Assembly: GCA_937899245.1 (NCBI GenBank)
Contig: CALDKB010000050.1
Coordinates: 2,179 to 66,178 of the forward strand
Source of the DNA: an uncultured Bacteroidales bacterium
GTDB lineage: Bacteria > Bacteroidota > Bacteroidia > Bacteroidales > ML635J-15
DNA length: 64,000 nucleotides
Reading direction: 5' to 3'
Under the pieces are notes generated by a model. The model was not told where the DNA came from. It ran no database searches and saw nothing but the letters and a program-made list of their open reading frames with translations. Both the position numbers and the translations under genes were made by a program. Each line of letters starts with the position of its first letter. Position 1 is the stretch's first letter. Below are positions 53,094 through 61,678 of this stretch, piece by piece.

Positions 53094-53924
53094 CTATTCC
53101 ATTGTAGTCCATGTGCAACAATTCAGTCCGCCTCCGTTCTTTATGACATCCGGACAATAACACGATACAATTCGACCCTTATATGATGGCATTACAGCTT
53201 CAATCTGCTCCAATGCCTCCTGGTCAGAATCGCAATTCAAAGCTGGAACAACTAGCACCTTATCAGTTTGTAGCCAGTTGATATAAGCCCAACCATCCGG
53301 ATTTTGCGGTTTCGACTTGAAATTCAATTCAACAACATTCTTGAAATGAGGTTTCAGACACTTACGGAAACGTACAGCCATACTCTTGTCAAACTGCCTA
53401 TAGTTTGTCATAAGTATCGTATCATCATCCACATAGCGACAAATACCGTCTGCGTGCCCAAAGATTTCATTCGTATCCCATGGCAGAAAAATTATTTCCG
53501 CATTAATAGCCTTCTCAAGTTTGTCAATCAGATCAAAGGGCCTATATTGCGGATTTTCTTCTAAGACCTTTGCTGTCATTACGACCTTGTTTCCACATCG
53601 AACAACATTTCCTCCATCAATGATAATGCTGTTGATTGTTGTGTCAACAGTTATGCCCAAATCTTTTATTGCATACCAATTGTATGTCTCAAGATCTCCA
53701 TTTCCACACAGATAGTCGGGATGATAGTAAAAATTTTGGAATCTTTCTTTGCTCACCTGCATAGGCATATAGTCGCGACACCAAATGTCCTTTGTGTTTT
53801 TAAGATAATGAGTCACCACCTTCCATTCATCAAGAATGGCCTTTAGGTTTTGATTGGTTTGGCATGCCTTCTCGGGCAGAAGGTCGGAGAGGTAAACCCT
53901 GTTCATTTGTGAATCTTGTATCAT
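53094..53924 (-). CDS. agmatine deiminase / PAD_porph-like guanidino-modifying enzyme, short form
   Basis: WCRDYMP, DGGNVV, GHADGICRYV, and the C-terminal nucleophile context GGGLNCCTW. Confidence 0.6.
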   Translation of the reverse strand: MIQDSQMNRVYLSDLLPEKACQTNQNLKAILDEWKVVTHYLKNTKDIWCRDYMPMQVSKERFQNFYYHPDYLCGNGDLETYNWYAIKDLGITVDTTINSIIIDGGNVVRCGNKVVMTAKVLEENPQYRPFDLIDKLEKAINAEIIFLPWDTNEIFGHADGICRYVDDDTILMTNYRQFDKSMAVRFRKCLKPHFKNVVELNFKSKPQNPDGWAYINWLQTDKVLVVPALNCDSDQEALEQIEAVMPSYKGRIVSCYCPDVIKNGGGLNCCTWTTME

Positions 53925-54105
53925 AGTTACATAAATTTAGTCGGTGCAAAGAACAAGGAGATTTTACAGCTAGCCAAAAATAGTTTGTTAAAAGTTGTTA
54001 AATCTTCGCAAATACTTATTTTATATATAATATAAATTCATTAAAACAATATCAATAATAATTTTATTATCTATTTACTAATGGAGAAAAAAATCAAAAA
54101 ATGTC

Positions 54106-54138
54106 TTGACTCGTTCCCTACGTCATGCTTTAACTTTG
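54106..54138 (+). promoter_or_regulatory. MerR-type promoter candidate (hexamers with a 19-nt spacer, overlapping a TAnnTTTG box)
   Basis: TTGACT, then a 19-nt spacer containing the imperfect dyad TGAC(tc)GT-tccct-ACGTCA, then TAACTT/TAacTTTG. It ends 21 nt upstream of the MerR ATG. Confidence 0.4.
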
Positions 54139-54159
54139 CAGCAAATTGCGCAATGAGAG

Positions 54160-54987
54160 ATGAACAACAACAAATTAAAAATCGGAGATTTTTCACGGCT
54201 TTGCCATGTTACGGTAAGAACACTTAGGCACTACGAAGAGATTGGACTTTTCGTACCCGAAATAGTTGACGAATGGACTGGATACCGCTATTATTCGGTC
54301 GGACAATTTCAGAAAATGCAAAGCATAATGGCACTGAAAGAATTGGGATTTTCATTAGAAGAGATTCGCGAACTCTACGAAGACAACACCCACTACCCTT
54401 CCGCCAAGACACTTGAAGAGAAAATTCGCACTTGCGAACAAGAACTTCAACGACTCCGCAGACGTCAAACTCAATTAAAGGCTGTGTTGAATTTCCAGAA
54501 AAAGAAACAAAAAATGAAAAACATCACAATTGAGAAACTACCAGCAATAATAGCTGCAACACACAGAACAACAATCGAATCGTACGAAAGTCTAGGGAAA
54601 CTTTGCATCGAAGTCGTCGGTCCCGAAATGATGCGTCTCGGCTGCAAATGCCCCGAACCTGGCTACTGCTACACCATCGAGCACGGCGGCTACAAGCCCA
54701 AAGACATCGACATCGAGTATGTAGAACAAGTTTCTGAAAAAGGCACCGACTCCGACATAATCAAGTTCAAGGAGATTCCCGAAGTTCCGACAGCAGTTTG
54801 CGCAAAAGCCTATGGACCATACAACAGACTTTACCAAGCTTACCAAGACACTTTTGCATGGATTGAAAACGAAGGATACAAGATTGTTGGCGACGCACGT
54901 GCCAACTATGTCGATGGCATCTGGAACGAAGCCAATCCGGAGAAATGGCTGACTATCATTCAGGTACCGGTAGAAAAAGCAAAATAA
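54160..54987 (+). CDS. MerR family transcriptional regulator with a GyrI-like effector-binding domain (BmrR-like architecture)
   Basis: HTH KIGDFSRLCHVTVRTLRHYEEIGLF, a coiled-coil linker, and a C-terminal region of about 150 aa consistent with a GyrI-like domain. Confidence 0.8.
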   Translation: MNNNKLKIGDFSRLCHVTVRTLRHYEEIGLFVPEIVDEWTGYRYYSVGQFQKMQSIMALKELGFSLEEIRELYEDNTHYPSAKTLEEKIRTCEQELQRLRRRQTQLKAVLNFQKKKQKMKNITIEKLPAIIAATHRTTIESYESLGKLCIEVVGPEMMRLGCKCPEPGYCYTIEHGGYKPKDIDIEYVEQVSEKGTDSDIIKFKEIPEVPTAVCAKAYGPYNRLYQAYQDTFAWIENEGYKIVGDARANYVDGIWNEANPEKWLTIIQVPVEKAK

Positions 54988-54996
54988 TTTATTTGC

Positions 54997-55033
54997 AGTA
55001 GCGATGACTTTTAAAATGCATCGCTACTATTTT
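54997..55033 (+). terminator. rho-independent terminator after the MerR gene
   Basis: AGTAGCGATG-(12 nt)-CATCGCTACT followed by ATTTT. Confidence 0.65.
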
Positions 55034-55067
55034 ATATGACAAAGACTTTCATGCCGTTGCAAAATAT

Positions 55068-55075
55068 TACCTTTG
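55068..55075 (+). promoter_or_regulatory. Bacteroidetes -7 box (TACCTTTG)
   Basis: TAccTTTG ends 4 nt before the ATG at 55080, implying a leaderless or near-leaderless transcript. Confidence 0.45.
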
Positions 55076-55079
55076 CAAC

Positions 55080-56327
55080 ATGAAAAAAACATTCCTCTGC
55101 ATATTCGCGACTTTGGCCATCACAGCATTCTCTTCCTGCGAGAAAAGAATCGAGCAACCAATTGAAACGGAAGACATTGATCCTATGACAGGAATTGCAT
55201 TGTGGGCAGACAATGAACTTGCAGGCTCCTGGCCAATACAACTCGAATTTGCATACATGGAATACGACAAGATCAGCAAAGATCCAAACGAATACGACTG
55301 GACATATGTCGAAAAAACGCTTAGCAACATTGCTTCACGCTCACGCCAAGCTATTCTACGCTTCAGATATACTTATGTCGGCGAACAATGCGCAGTTCCG
55401 TCATGGGTAAAAAACAGCGATGGATATGTTGAAACTTCTGGCACTGTAGAAGGCAAAACAACGTATTTCCCCGACTGGAGATCGGAAACACTGCAAGACT
55501 TTCATCTTGATTTTTTCCGAAAATTTGCCCAGCGTTACGACAAAGACCCCCGTATTGCATTTTTGCAAGTAGGATTTGGACTTTGGGCCGAATATCACAT
55601 TTATGAAGGGCCTTTTATTCCAGGGCAAACTTTTCCATCTAAGGAATTCCAAGAAACATTCCTTACAATGATGGATGAAACATTCGAAAGCCTCCCATGG
55701 TCAATATCCATCGATGCCGCAGACGAAACATATAGCCCATTTACAGAAAACTCAAGTTTACTAAGTCTTGATTTCGGATGTTTCGACGATTCTTTTATGT
55801 GCAAGCAACACGACAAAGAAAACGCTACAAATTGGACATTTTTCGGCAAAAACCGCTACAAAAGCAATCCTTGTGGAGGAGAATTCAGCTACTACAGGAC
55901 ATACGACCAGAAGCATTGTCTCGATTACTCGGGACTATATGGTCGCCGATTTGAAAAAGAAGCTGAGAATTTTCACTTGAGCTACATTATCGGCAACGAC
56001 CAGCCAAACTATCAAGGGATTGCACGTTTCAGAGAAGCTTCTGCTTCACTTGGCTACCGGTTCGTCATTCTGGAAAAAGAGATTTCCGACGGAATTGCTA
56101 AAATTCACATTCTAAACGAAGGCATTGCTCCCATTTACCGCGATGCATTTGTAAGCGTTGCCGGAATACGCTCCGATTATTCGCTGAAGGGCCTTCAACC
56201 AGGCGACAAAAAGTGGATTACAATAAGTTCGCCAGAAATTACCTCCACAAGCGAAATAAGCATCGAATGCGACTATCTGGTTGCAGGACAAACAATTCAT
56301 TGCCACAAACCGACAAAACAAGACTAA
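55080..56327 (+). CDS. secreted lipoprotein, DUF4832/glycoside-hydrolase-like (tentative)
   Basis: Lipobox-like FSSC. The composition and motifs (FLQVGFGLWAEYH) remind me of TIM-barrel GH-like DUF4832 proteins, but I cannot confirm this by eye. Confidence 0.4.
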   Translation: MKKTFLCIFATLAITAFSSCEKRIEQPIETEDIDPMTGIALWADNELAGSWPIQLEFAYMEYDKISKDPNEYDWTYVEKTLSNIASRSRQAILRFRYTYVGEQCAVPSWVKNSDGYVETSGTVEGKTTYFPDWRSETLQDFHLDFFRKFAQRYDKDPRIAFLQVGFGLWAEYHIYEGPFIPGQTFPSKEFQETFLTMMDETFESLPWSISIDAADETYSPFTENSSLLSLDFGCFDDSFMCKQHDKENATNWTFFGKNRYKSNPCGGEFSYYRTYDQKHCLDYSGLYGRRFEKEAENFHLSYIIGNDQPNYQGIARFREASASLGYRFVILEKEISDGIAKIHILNEGIAPIYRDAFVSVAGIRSDYSLKGLQPGDKKWITISSPEITSTSEISIECDYLVAGQTIHCHKPTKQD

Positions 56328-56329
56328 CT

Positions 56330-56890
56330 ATGAAAACTTTTTCAACTGACAGCCGGCAGGCATGGCGCAATTGGCTCACAGAAAATTTTGAGTCGGAAAA
56401 AGAAATTTTGTTCATATTTCCTACAAAAAGTTCAGGCGAAGCTTGCATCTCGTACAACGACGCAGTTGAAGAAGCCCTTTGTTTCGGTTGGATCGACGGC
56501 GTTGCCGGCACGATTGACAGCACACATGGCACAAGACGTTTCACACCGCGAAGAAAAGGAAGCTCATACTCGCGCCCAAACATCGAGCGCCTGATGTGGC
56601 TCGAAAAACAAGGAATGATTCTTCCGAAAATCAGAGAATTGGTTTTGCCAATTATCAATGAGCCATATATTTTCCCAGAAGACATCATGGTCGAAATAAA
56701 GAAAGACCCGATAGTTTGGGCTAACTTCAACAACTTTTCGGCTTCATATCAGCGAATTCGCATAGCATATATAGATGCAGCACGCAAACGTCCGGCCGAA
56801 TTCGAAAAACGCCTCGCCAATTTCATCAGCAAGACAAAGGCAGGAAAACTGATAAGCGGATACGGCGGAATCGAAAAGTACTACAAATAG
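56330..56890 (+). CDS. YdeI/OmpD-associated family protein
   Basis: RQAWRNWL...EALCFGWIDG...RFTPRRKGS.YS motifs. Start set at ATG 56330. Confidence 0.7.
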   Translation: MKTFSTDSRQAWRNWLTENFESEKEILFIFPTKSSGEACISYNDAVEEALCFGWIDGVAGTIDSTHGTRRFTPRRKGSSYSRPNIERLMWLEKQGMILPKIRELVLPIINEPYIFPEDIMVEIKKDPIVWANFNNFSASYQRIRIAYIDAARKRPAEFEKRLANFISKTKAGKLISGYGGIEKYYK

Positions 56891-56900
56891 CAACAGCATC

Positions 56901-56932
56901 AAAAAAAATACCGTTTGCAAATATGCAAACGG
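56901..56932 (-). terminator. rho-independent terminator of hydG (hairpin is shared with the plus-strand gene)
   Basis: CCGTTTGCA-aata-TGCAAACGG. On the minus strand a run of 8 T follows the hairpin. Confidence 0.8.
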
Positions 56933-56970
56933 CATTTCAAGTACAAATAAACTATTAACTTGGTATAGGT

Positions 56971-58425
56971 TTAGAAGTACAAGTCGCGCTCGCCCTTCTT
57001 GATTCTTTCTATCCTTGCCTTCAATTCATCAATAAACTGAGGATCAACATTCTGGAAATTATTTTCTATTACTTTCCATCCCTTTGCAGCAACTTCTGGA
57101 GTAGCGTAGTCAACCAAGTATTCGCTCAAGGTAAGAATTGCATTAGGTGTGCAGTATCTCTTGATGAAACCCGGAACGCTGAATTCCATAAAGTGTTCGC
57201 CTGTACGACCTAAACGATAGCAAGCAGTACAGAAACTTGGAATGAAATTTTCGTCAAGCAATTCTTCTATGATTTCGCCCAAAGTACGGTCGTCACCAAT
57301 CTTGAACTGTTCGCGGTGCAAGTTCTGGTTTTCCTGCTTGTCGCTGTTCTTTTCTTCTTCTTCGTGATGATACTTGTAGTCGCCAATCTGAAGGTTTGTT
57401 CCACCATCAATCTGAGAAACACCATATTGGATTGCCTTTGCACGGAATTTTGCGTCTTCACGAGCGGTAAGAATCATACCTGTATAAGGAACTGCCAAAC
57501 GGAAGATTGCGATGATCTTTTCGAAAGTTTCATCATCAACCATATATTTGTCCGACATATCGATACCAGAAGCGTCCTTGATACGTGGGAATGAAATTGT
57601 GTGCGGACCAACATTGAAGCAAGCTTCCAAGTGGTTGGTGTGACGAATCATTGCAAGAACTTCGTAACGCCAGTCGTAAAGGCCGAACAAGATACCAAGA
57701 CCATTATCGTCGATACCTGCCTGCTGTGCCCTATCCATTGAAGTCAGACGCCAGTTGTAGTCGCCCTTGCGAGTATTTGCTGGATGATATTCATTGTAAA
57801 TTTCCGGGCAATAAGTTTCCTGGAAAATCTGGTAAGTACCGATTCCTGCTTCCTTAACTGTGCGGAAACCTTCAACGTCCAACGGAGCAGCATTGATGTT
57901 CACACGGCGGATAGAACCATTGCCCTTCTTTGTTGCGTATGTCAACTTTACTGTGTGAGCGATGAATTCTGGCGAATACTTTGGCGATTCACCGTAAACG
58001 AGGATTAAACGCTTCTGTCCGTCTTCTTCCAATGCCTCAACATTATGAACGAGTTCCTCGTCGCTCAAAGTTGTGCGGACCTGTTCCTTGTTTGATGTAC
58101 GGAAACCGCAATACTTACAGTTGTTAATGCAATAATTACCAACATACAACGGAGCGAAAAGCACGATACGGTTACCATAAATGCGACGTTTCAGCTCGCG
58201 AGCGCCTTCCTTGATCTCTTCAACCAATTCCGGTTCGGTAGTATTGATAAGCACTGCTGTTTCTTCCATCGTAAGACGGTTCTTAGCCAACGACTTAGCG
58301 ATGATTTCGCGAACGCGTTCCTTTGTGCTCTTTGTATTATTAATGTAGTCCCAAATTTCCTGTGAGTCGATGAATGGAACATTCGGTTCATCAGCGATTC
58401 TGCATTTTTCTGGATTGAATTTCAT
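56971..58425 (-). CDS. hydG: [FeFe]-hydrogenase H-cluster radical SAM maturase HydG
   Basis: Radical-SAM CINNCKYCGF, 484 aa, C-terminal auxiliary-cluster cysteines (FCTACYR...YCTPN), and adjacency to a TM1266-family gene. Confidence 0.85.
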   Translation of the reverse strand: MKFNPEKCRIADEPNVPFIDSQEIWDYINNTKSTKERVREIIAKSLAKNRLTMEETAVLINTTEPELVEEIKEGARELKRRIYGNRIVLFAPLYVGNYCINNCKYCGFRTSNKEQVRTTLSDEELVHNVEALEEDGQKRLILVYGESPKYSPEFIAHTVKLTYATKKGNGSIRRVNINAAPLDVEGFRTVKEAGIGTYQIFQETYCPEIYNEYHPANTRKGDYNWRLTSMDRAQQAGIDDNGLGILFGLYDWRYEVLAMIRHTNHLEACFNVGPHTISFPRIKDASGIDMSDKYMVDDETFEKIIAIFRLAVPYTGMILTAREDAKFRAKAIQYGVSQIDGGTNLQIGDYKYHHEEEEKNSDKQENQNLHREQFKIGDDRTLGEIIEELLDENFIPSFCTACYRLGRTGEHFMEFSVPGFIKRYCTPNAILTLSEYLVDYATPEVAAKGWKVIENNFQNVDPQFIDELKARIERIKKGERDLYF

Positions 58426-58433
58426 ATGTCTTT

Positions 58434-58682
58434 CTATTTTAAATTAGTTACAACAACTTTTACCTCAACATTGTTGATTCTACCTAATTTTCCAGAAAGA
58501 GCATTTATTCGATTTGCGTCGCCTTCGACGATAAGAGAAATGACAGCCACATCGCGATCGTGAAAAGGAAGTCCCTGACGAGCGAGAATTATATCCTGGT
58601 ACTGCGATACCATCTCGTTCACAGCGGACGCATTAGTGCGGTCTAGCAATAATATTGTTATCGTTCCAATTCTCTTCTCCAT
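58434..58682 (-). CDS. TM1266-family putative iron-only hydrogenase system regulator
   Basis: 82 aa; MEKRIGTITILLLDR...ISLIVEGDANRINALSGKLGRI (ACT/NikR-C-like), directly upstream of hydG. Confidence 0.75.
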   Translation of the reverse strand: MEKRIGTITILLLDRTNASAVNEMVSQYQDIILARQGLPFHDRDVAVISLIVEGDANRINALSGKLGRINNVEVKVVVTNLK

Positions 58683-58723
58683 CAGCTCAACTTTTGGATT
58701 AGGTATTTGTCAACAAAACGACG

Positions 58724-58731
58724 CAAAGATA
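58724..58731 (-). promoter_or_regulatory. Bacteroidetes -7 box (TATCTTTG) for the TM1266-hydG operon
   Basis: The reverse complement reads TAtcTTTG, 42 nt upstream of the ATG at 58682. Confidence 0.5.
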
Positions 58732-58743
58732 ATGGATTATTTG

Positions 58744-58760
58744 AAACAAAAATTTTGTTT
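58744..58760. promoter_or_regulatory. 17-bp perfect palindrome upstream of the hydG operon -7 box
   Basis: AAACAAAA-a-TTTTGTTT, about 13 nt upstream of the -7 box. Low complexity, so chance occurrence is not excluded. Confidence 0.3.
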
Positions 58761-59117
58761 TACAACATATTAGTTTCAATGCACTAATTCTACTTAATTT
58801 TTTAATGTTTGCTAACACTAAATATTGCATTTATTTAATGTTTCTATTCATTAAATTGTAGCAAAGATTCCGCGTTTTTTGAAACTCAAAAAAATATAAC
58901 ATCTTTATTATCAACTTAATAAAAATATTCACATTTATCTGGAATTAAAATCACAGATGTGGGAAATTGAATTATTATTGGAATCTTCATTTGCTTATTT
59001 ATAACGACAACAACATTTGCGGGAAATAAATATCCGCCAAACGGCAAAAAATGTGAAGTTGCGGGCAAGGTAATTTTTATTGATAAAAGTTGCATTGATA
59101 ATGTTTCGTGGAGAGAA

Positions 59118-59540
59118 ATGCTTTGGTCTTTTGAAAACCACCCTGAAATATTTATAGGTTCTGTTTCCGAGAATTGCGTTGATTCTGCTGTATGGAAGCA
59201 CGTATATGGCGAGAGATGGGATATTAAGATTGACAAGTCCCCAGTTGTTGGCTTTACTTTAAATCAATGCAAGAATTTTGCTGCTTTTCGTGCAACAGCG
59301 ATAATGGAATTGTTTAAATATGGCAAGTTCAAGCAGTATAAAGGCACCAAGTTGGAATACTTCATGTTGTCGTCAGAACAATACACCGAACTATTGAAGC
59401 AAAAATGGTTTGCAGAATCGTTTGCCGATGGCTATGCCGAAATCACTTCCGACGGCAAATTCGTAAAAGACGGCAAAATATTGGAATCTGTCGATAGCAA
59501 CAAAGTGACGTTCAGACTATATGCGGTAATAACAAAATAA
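59118..59540 (+). CDS. hypothetical protein (start uncertain)
   Basis: 140-aa ORF from the first ATG. The same frame is open for a further 53 codons upstream and encodes a signal-peptide-like stretch, but with no ATG, GTG or TTG. Confidence 0.4.
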   Translation: MLWSFENHPEIFIGSVSENCVDSAVWKHVYGERWDIKIDKSPVVGFTLNQCKNFAAFRATAIMELFKYGKFKQYKGTKLEYFMLSSEQYTELLKQKWFAESFADGYAEITSDGKFVKDGKILESVDSNKVTFRLYAVITK

Positions 59541-59564
59541 GGCGCGTATATTCTTAGCACCCTG

Positions 59565-59640
59565 CGCCCCTTCGACTTACGCTCAGGGAACGCATTCTAC
59601 CGTCGTTGTCTTGCTTCGACTTTCGTTCTGCACAAGCACC
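59565..59640. repeat. two tandem degenerate copies (44-nt period) of a GC-rich element
   Basis: CTTCGACTTaCGcTCaG at 59570 and CTTCGACTTtCGtTCtG at 59614. Both lie in the 122-bp gap between convergent genes, which is visibly more GC-rich than its flanks. Confidence 0.5.
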
Positions 59641-59662
59641 ACTCAGCCAGCAAGAAACTTAA

Positions 59663-60835
59663 TTACCTCAACGCTCCGCAAATTCTTTCCAAAGCTTCTT
59701 TCAATATCGAACGCGGACAACCGATGTTCATACGGAAAAATCCAGCGAAATCGTCACCGCCAAAAGCAAGTCCGCTATTCAGGGCAACCTTTGCCTTGTT
59801 TATCAGAATGTCCTGCAATTCGCTATGCAACAATCCCAAGCCATTGAAATCGAGCCAGAGCAAATACGATGCTTCGGGAAGAATTGCCTTCACTGCCGGC
59901 AAATTCTTTTTGAAATACTCGTCGGCAAAAGCAATATTTTCGACAAGATAATCCTTCAGTTGCAACAGCCATTCCTCGCCACCACGGAAAGCAGCCTCGG
60001 CTCCGATATACGCGAAAATATTTCCATTTGCATATTCAGATGCCTCGAGATAATCGAAATACGTGTCGCGAATCGACTTTTCTGGTATATATGCAATTGA
60101 ACTCGACAAGCCGGCAATATTGAAAGTTTTGCTCGGAGCAATGAATGTTATGCTGTTTGACTTTGCATCTTCCGAAACAGTTGAAAACGAAGTGTGATGA
60201 TAGCCACGCAAAGTAAGGTCGGCATGAATTTCGTCGGAAATGACAAGCACGTTATTGCGCTTGCATATTTCTGCAATCAGTTGCAAATCGGACTTCGGCC
60301 AAACAGTTCCACCCGGATTGTGAGGATTCGACAAAAGCATCATCTTGCAGCCCTTGACCTTTTGTTCCAAATCGGCAAAATCGATTTCGAAACGACCATT
60401 TTTCAGCAACAGCTTGCTTGTAACTAGCTCACGGCCATTATTTATCGGCAAATTGACAAATGGCGGGTAAACTGGCGTAGTAATCAATATTTTATCTCCC
60501 GACTTGGTAAACGCTTGTATGCAAAATGCAATTCCAACAACAATACCCGGGATGTAATGCAATTCGTTTTTCTTTGCGTCAACAGAATAATGTTTTGTCA
60601 GCCAATCTATTACAGCGCCAAAATACGAATCGTCGCCAAAAGTGTAGCCAAGAAATCCTTGACCGCAACGTTTTCTTATTGCATCGAGCACACAATCTGG
60701 CGCACGGAAATCCATATCGGCAACCCACATCGGCAACAAATCATCTCTGCCAAAATTCGGCACTAGCAAGTCGTGCTTTACGCTTGCACTGCCTTTACGA
60801 GAAAAAACTTCATCAAAATTATATTTCATCTGCAA
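59663..60835 (-). CDS. patB: MalY/PatB family C-S lyase (cystathionine beta-lyase-like PLP enzyme)
   Basis: MKYNFDEV..R.GS.S.K N terminus, LSNPHNPGG, PLP-lysine context PSKTFNIAG, 390 aa. The start could instead be the third codon (60829). Confidence 0.8.
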   Translation of the reverse strand: MQMKYNFDEVFSRKGSASVKHDLLVPNFGRDDLLPMWVADMDFRAPDCVLDAIRKRCGQGFLGYTFGDDSYFGAVIDWLTKHYSVDAKKNELHYIPGIVVGIAFCIQAFTKSGDKILITTPVYPPFVNLPINNGRELVTSKLLLKNGRFEIDFADLEQKVKGCKMMLLSNPHNPGGTVWPKSDLQLIAEICKRNNVLVISDEIHADLTLRGYHHTSFSTVSEDAKSNSITFIAPSKTFNIAGLSSSIAYIPEKSIRDTYFDYLEASEYANGNIFAYIGAEAAFRGGEEWLLQLKDYLVENIAFADEYFKKNLPAVKAILPEASYLLWLDFNGLGLLHSELQDILINKAKVALNSGLAFGGDDFAGFFRMNIGCPRSILKEALERICGALR

Positions 60836-61678
60836 CTATTTTACTTTTTTTCTACTAGCATAAACTATCAGAACCAACCCGCAAATAATGGCCGGAACAC
60901 TCAAGATCTGACCCATATTCAACAACATTCCGTCCTCAAACGCTTCCTGGTTCTGCTTCAGGAATTCAATACAGAATCGCGCCGTAAATACCATTACAAG
61001 GAAACATCCAAGCATAAGTCCATGACGTTTGCTACCATTTGCCTTCCTGTACAAATAAATCAGCACGACAGAAACAGCAGCATAACACAAAGCCTCGTAA
61101 ATCTGCGTAGGATGACAAGGCATAGTGTCGCCATTACGCAGGAAAACAAAACCCCATGGCAAATCGGTCTCGCAACCGTAAATTTCCGAATTCATAAGAT
61201 TGCCCATACGGATAAGAGCGCCTACAAATCCTGTCGGAATTGCGACCTTATCGACTATTGCGAGGAATCCATCCTGCTGCGACTTAAACTTGAACAAAAA
61301 TATGGCCACCAGCACGCCAATTGCTCCGCCATGGCTTGCCAGCCCCTGATAGCCTGTAAACCTAAACGGGCTTATCGAAAATGGCAAAATCATTTCCAGC
61401 CAATGTTCCCTTGTCAGGTAATATGACGGCTCGTAAAACAAACAATGCCCCAGACGCGCACCTATAATTCCGCCAAGTACGACAAAAACGGTAAGCCGCT
61501 CCAATTCCTTTTGCGGAATATTTTCTTTGGAATAATAATGTCTGATGATAAAATATGCCAATATGAAGCCAATTGCAAAAAAAAGGCTATAATATCTAAG
61601 CGAAAAGTTTCCCGTATCAAATATTTCGGGACTTACATTCCAATTAACAAGGCCCAGCATAAAATTATTTTTTTGCAA
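60836..61678 (-). CDS. lgt: prolipoprotein diacylglyceryl transferase
   Basis: Polytopic; GGIIGARLGH, HPTQIYEAL, GLASHGG motifs. The start could instead be Met7 (61660). Confidence 0.85.
   Translation of the reverse strand: MQKNNFMLGLVNWNVSPEIFDTGNFSLRYYSLFFAIGFILAYFIIRHYYSKENIPQKELERLTVFVVLGGIIGARLGHCLFYEPSYYLTREHWLEMILPFSISPFRFTGYQGLASHGGAIGVLVAIFLFKFKSQQDGFLAIVDKVAIPTGFVGALIRMGNLMNSEIYGCETDLPWGFVFLRNGDTMPCHPTQIYEALCYAAVSVVLIYLYRKANGSKRHGLMLGCFLVMVFTARFCIEFLKQNQEAFEDGMLLNMGQILSVPAIICGLVLIVYASRKKVK

Noticed and set aside
54081-54227. Small upstream ORF (MEKKIKKCLDSFPTS...) overlapping the MerR promoter and start
   Set aside because: It is about 48 codons, out of frame with and overlapping the MerR gene. 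It spans the predicted promoter itself, so it would not be on the transcript. It has no supporting features.
60773-61426. 217-aa plus-strand ORF antisense to lgt
   Set aside because: The lgt frame carries diagnostic motifs (HPTQIYE, GARLGH). The antisense product is low-complexity and has no start context.
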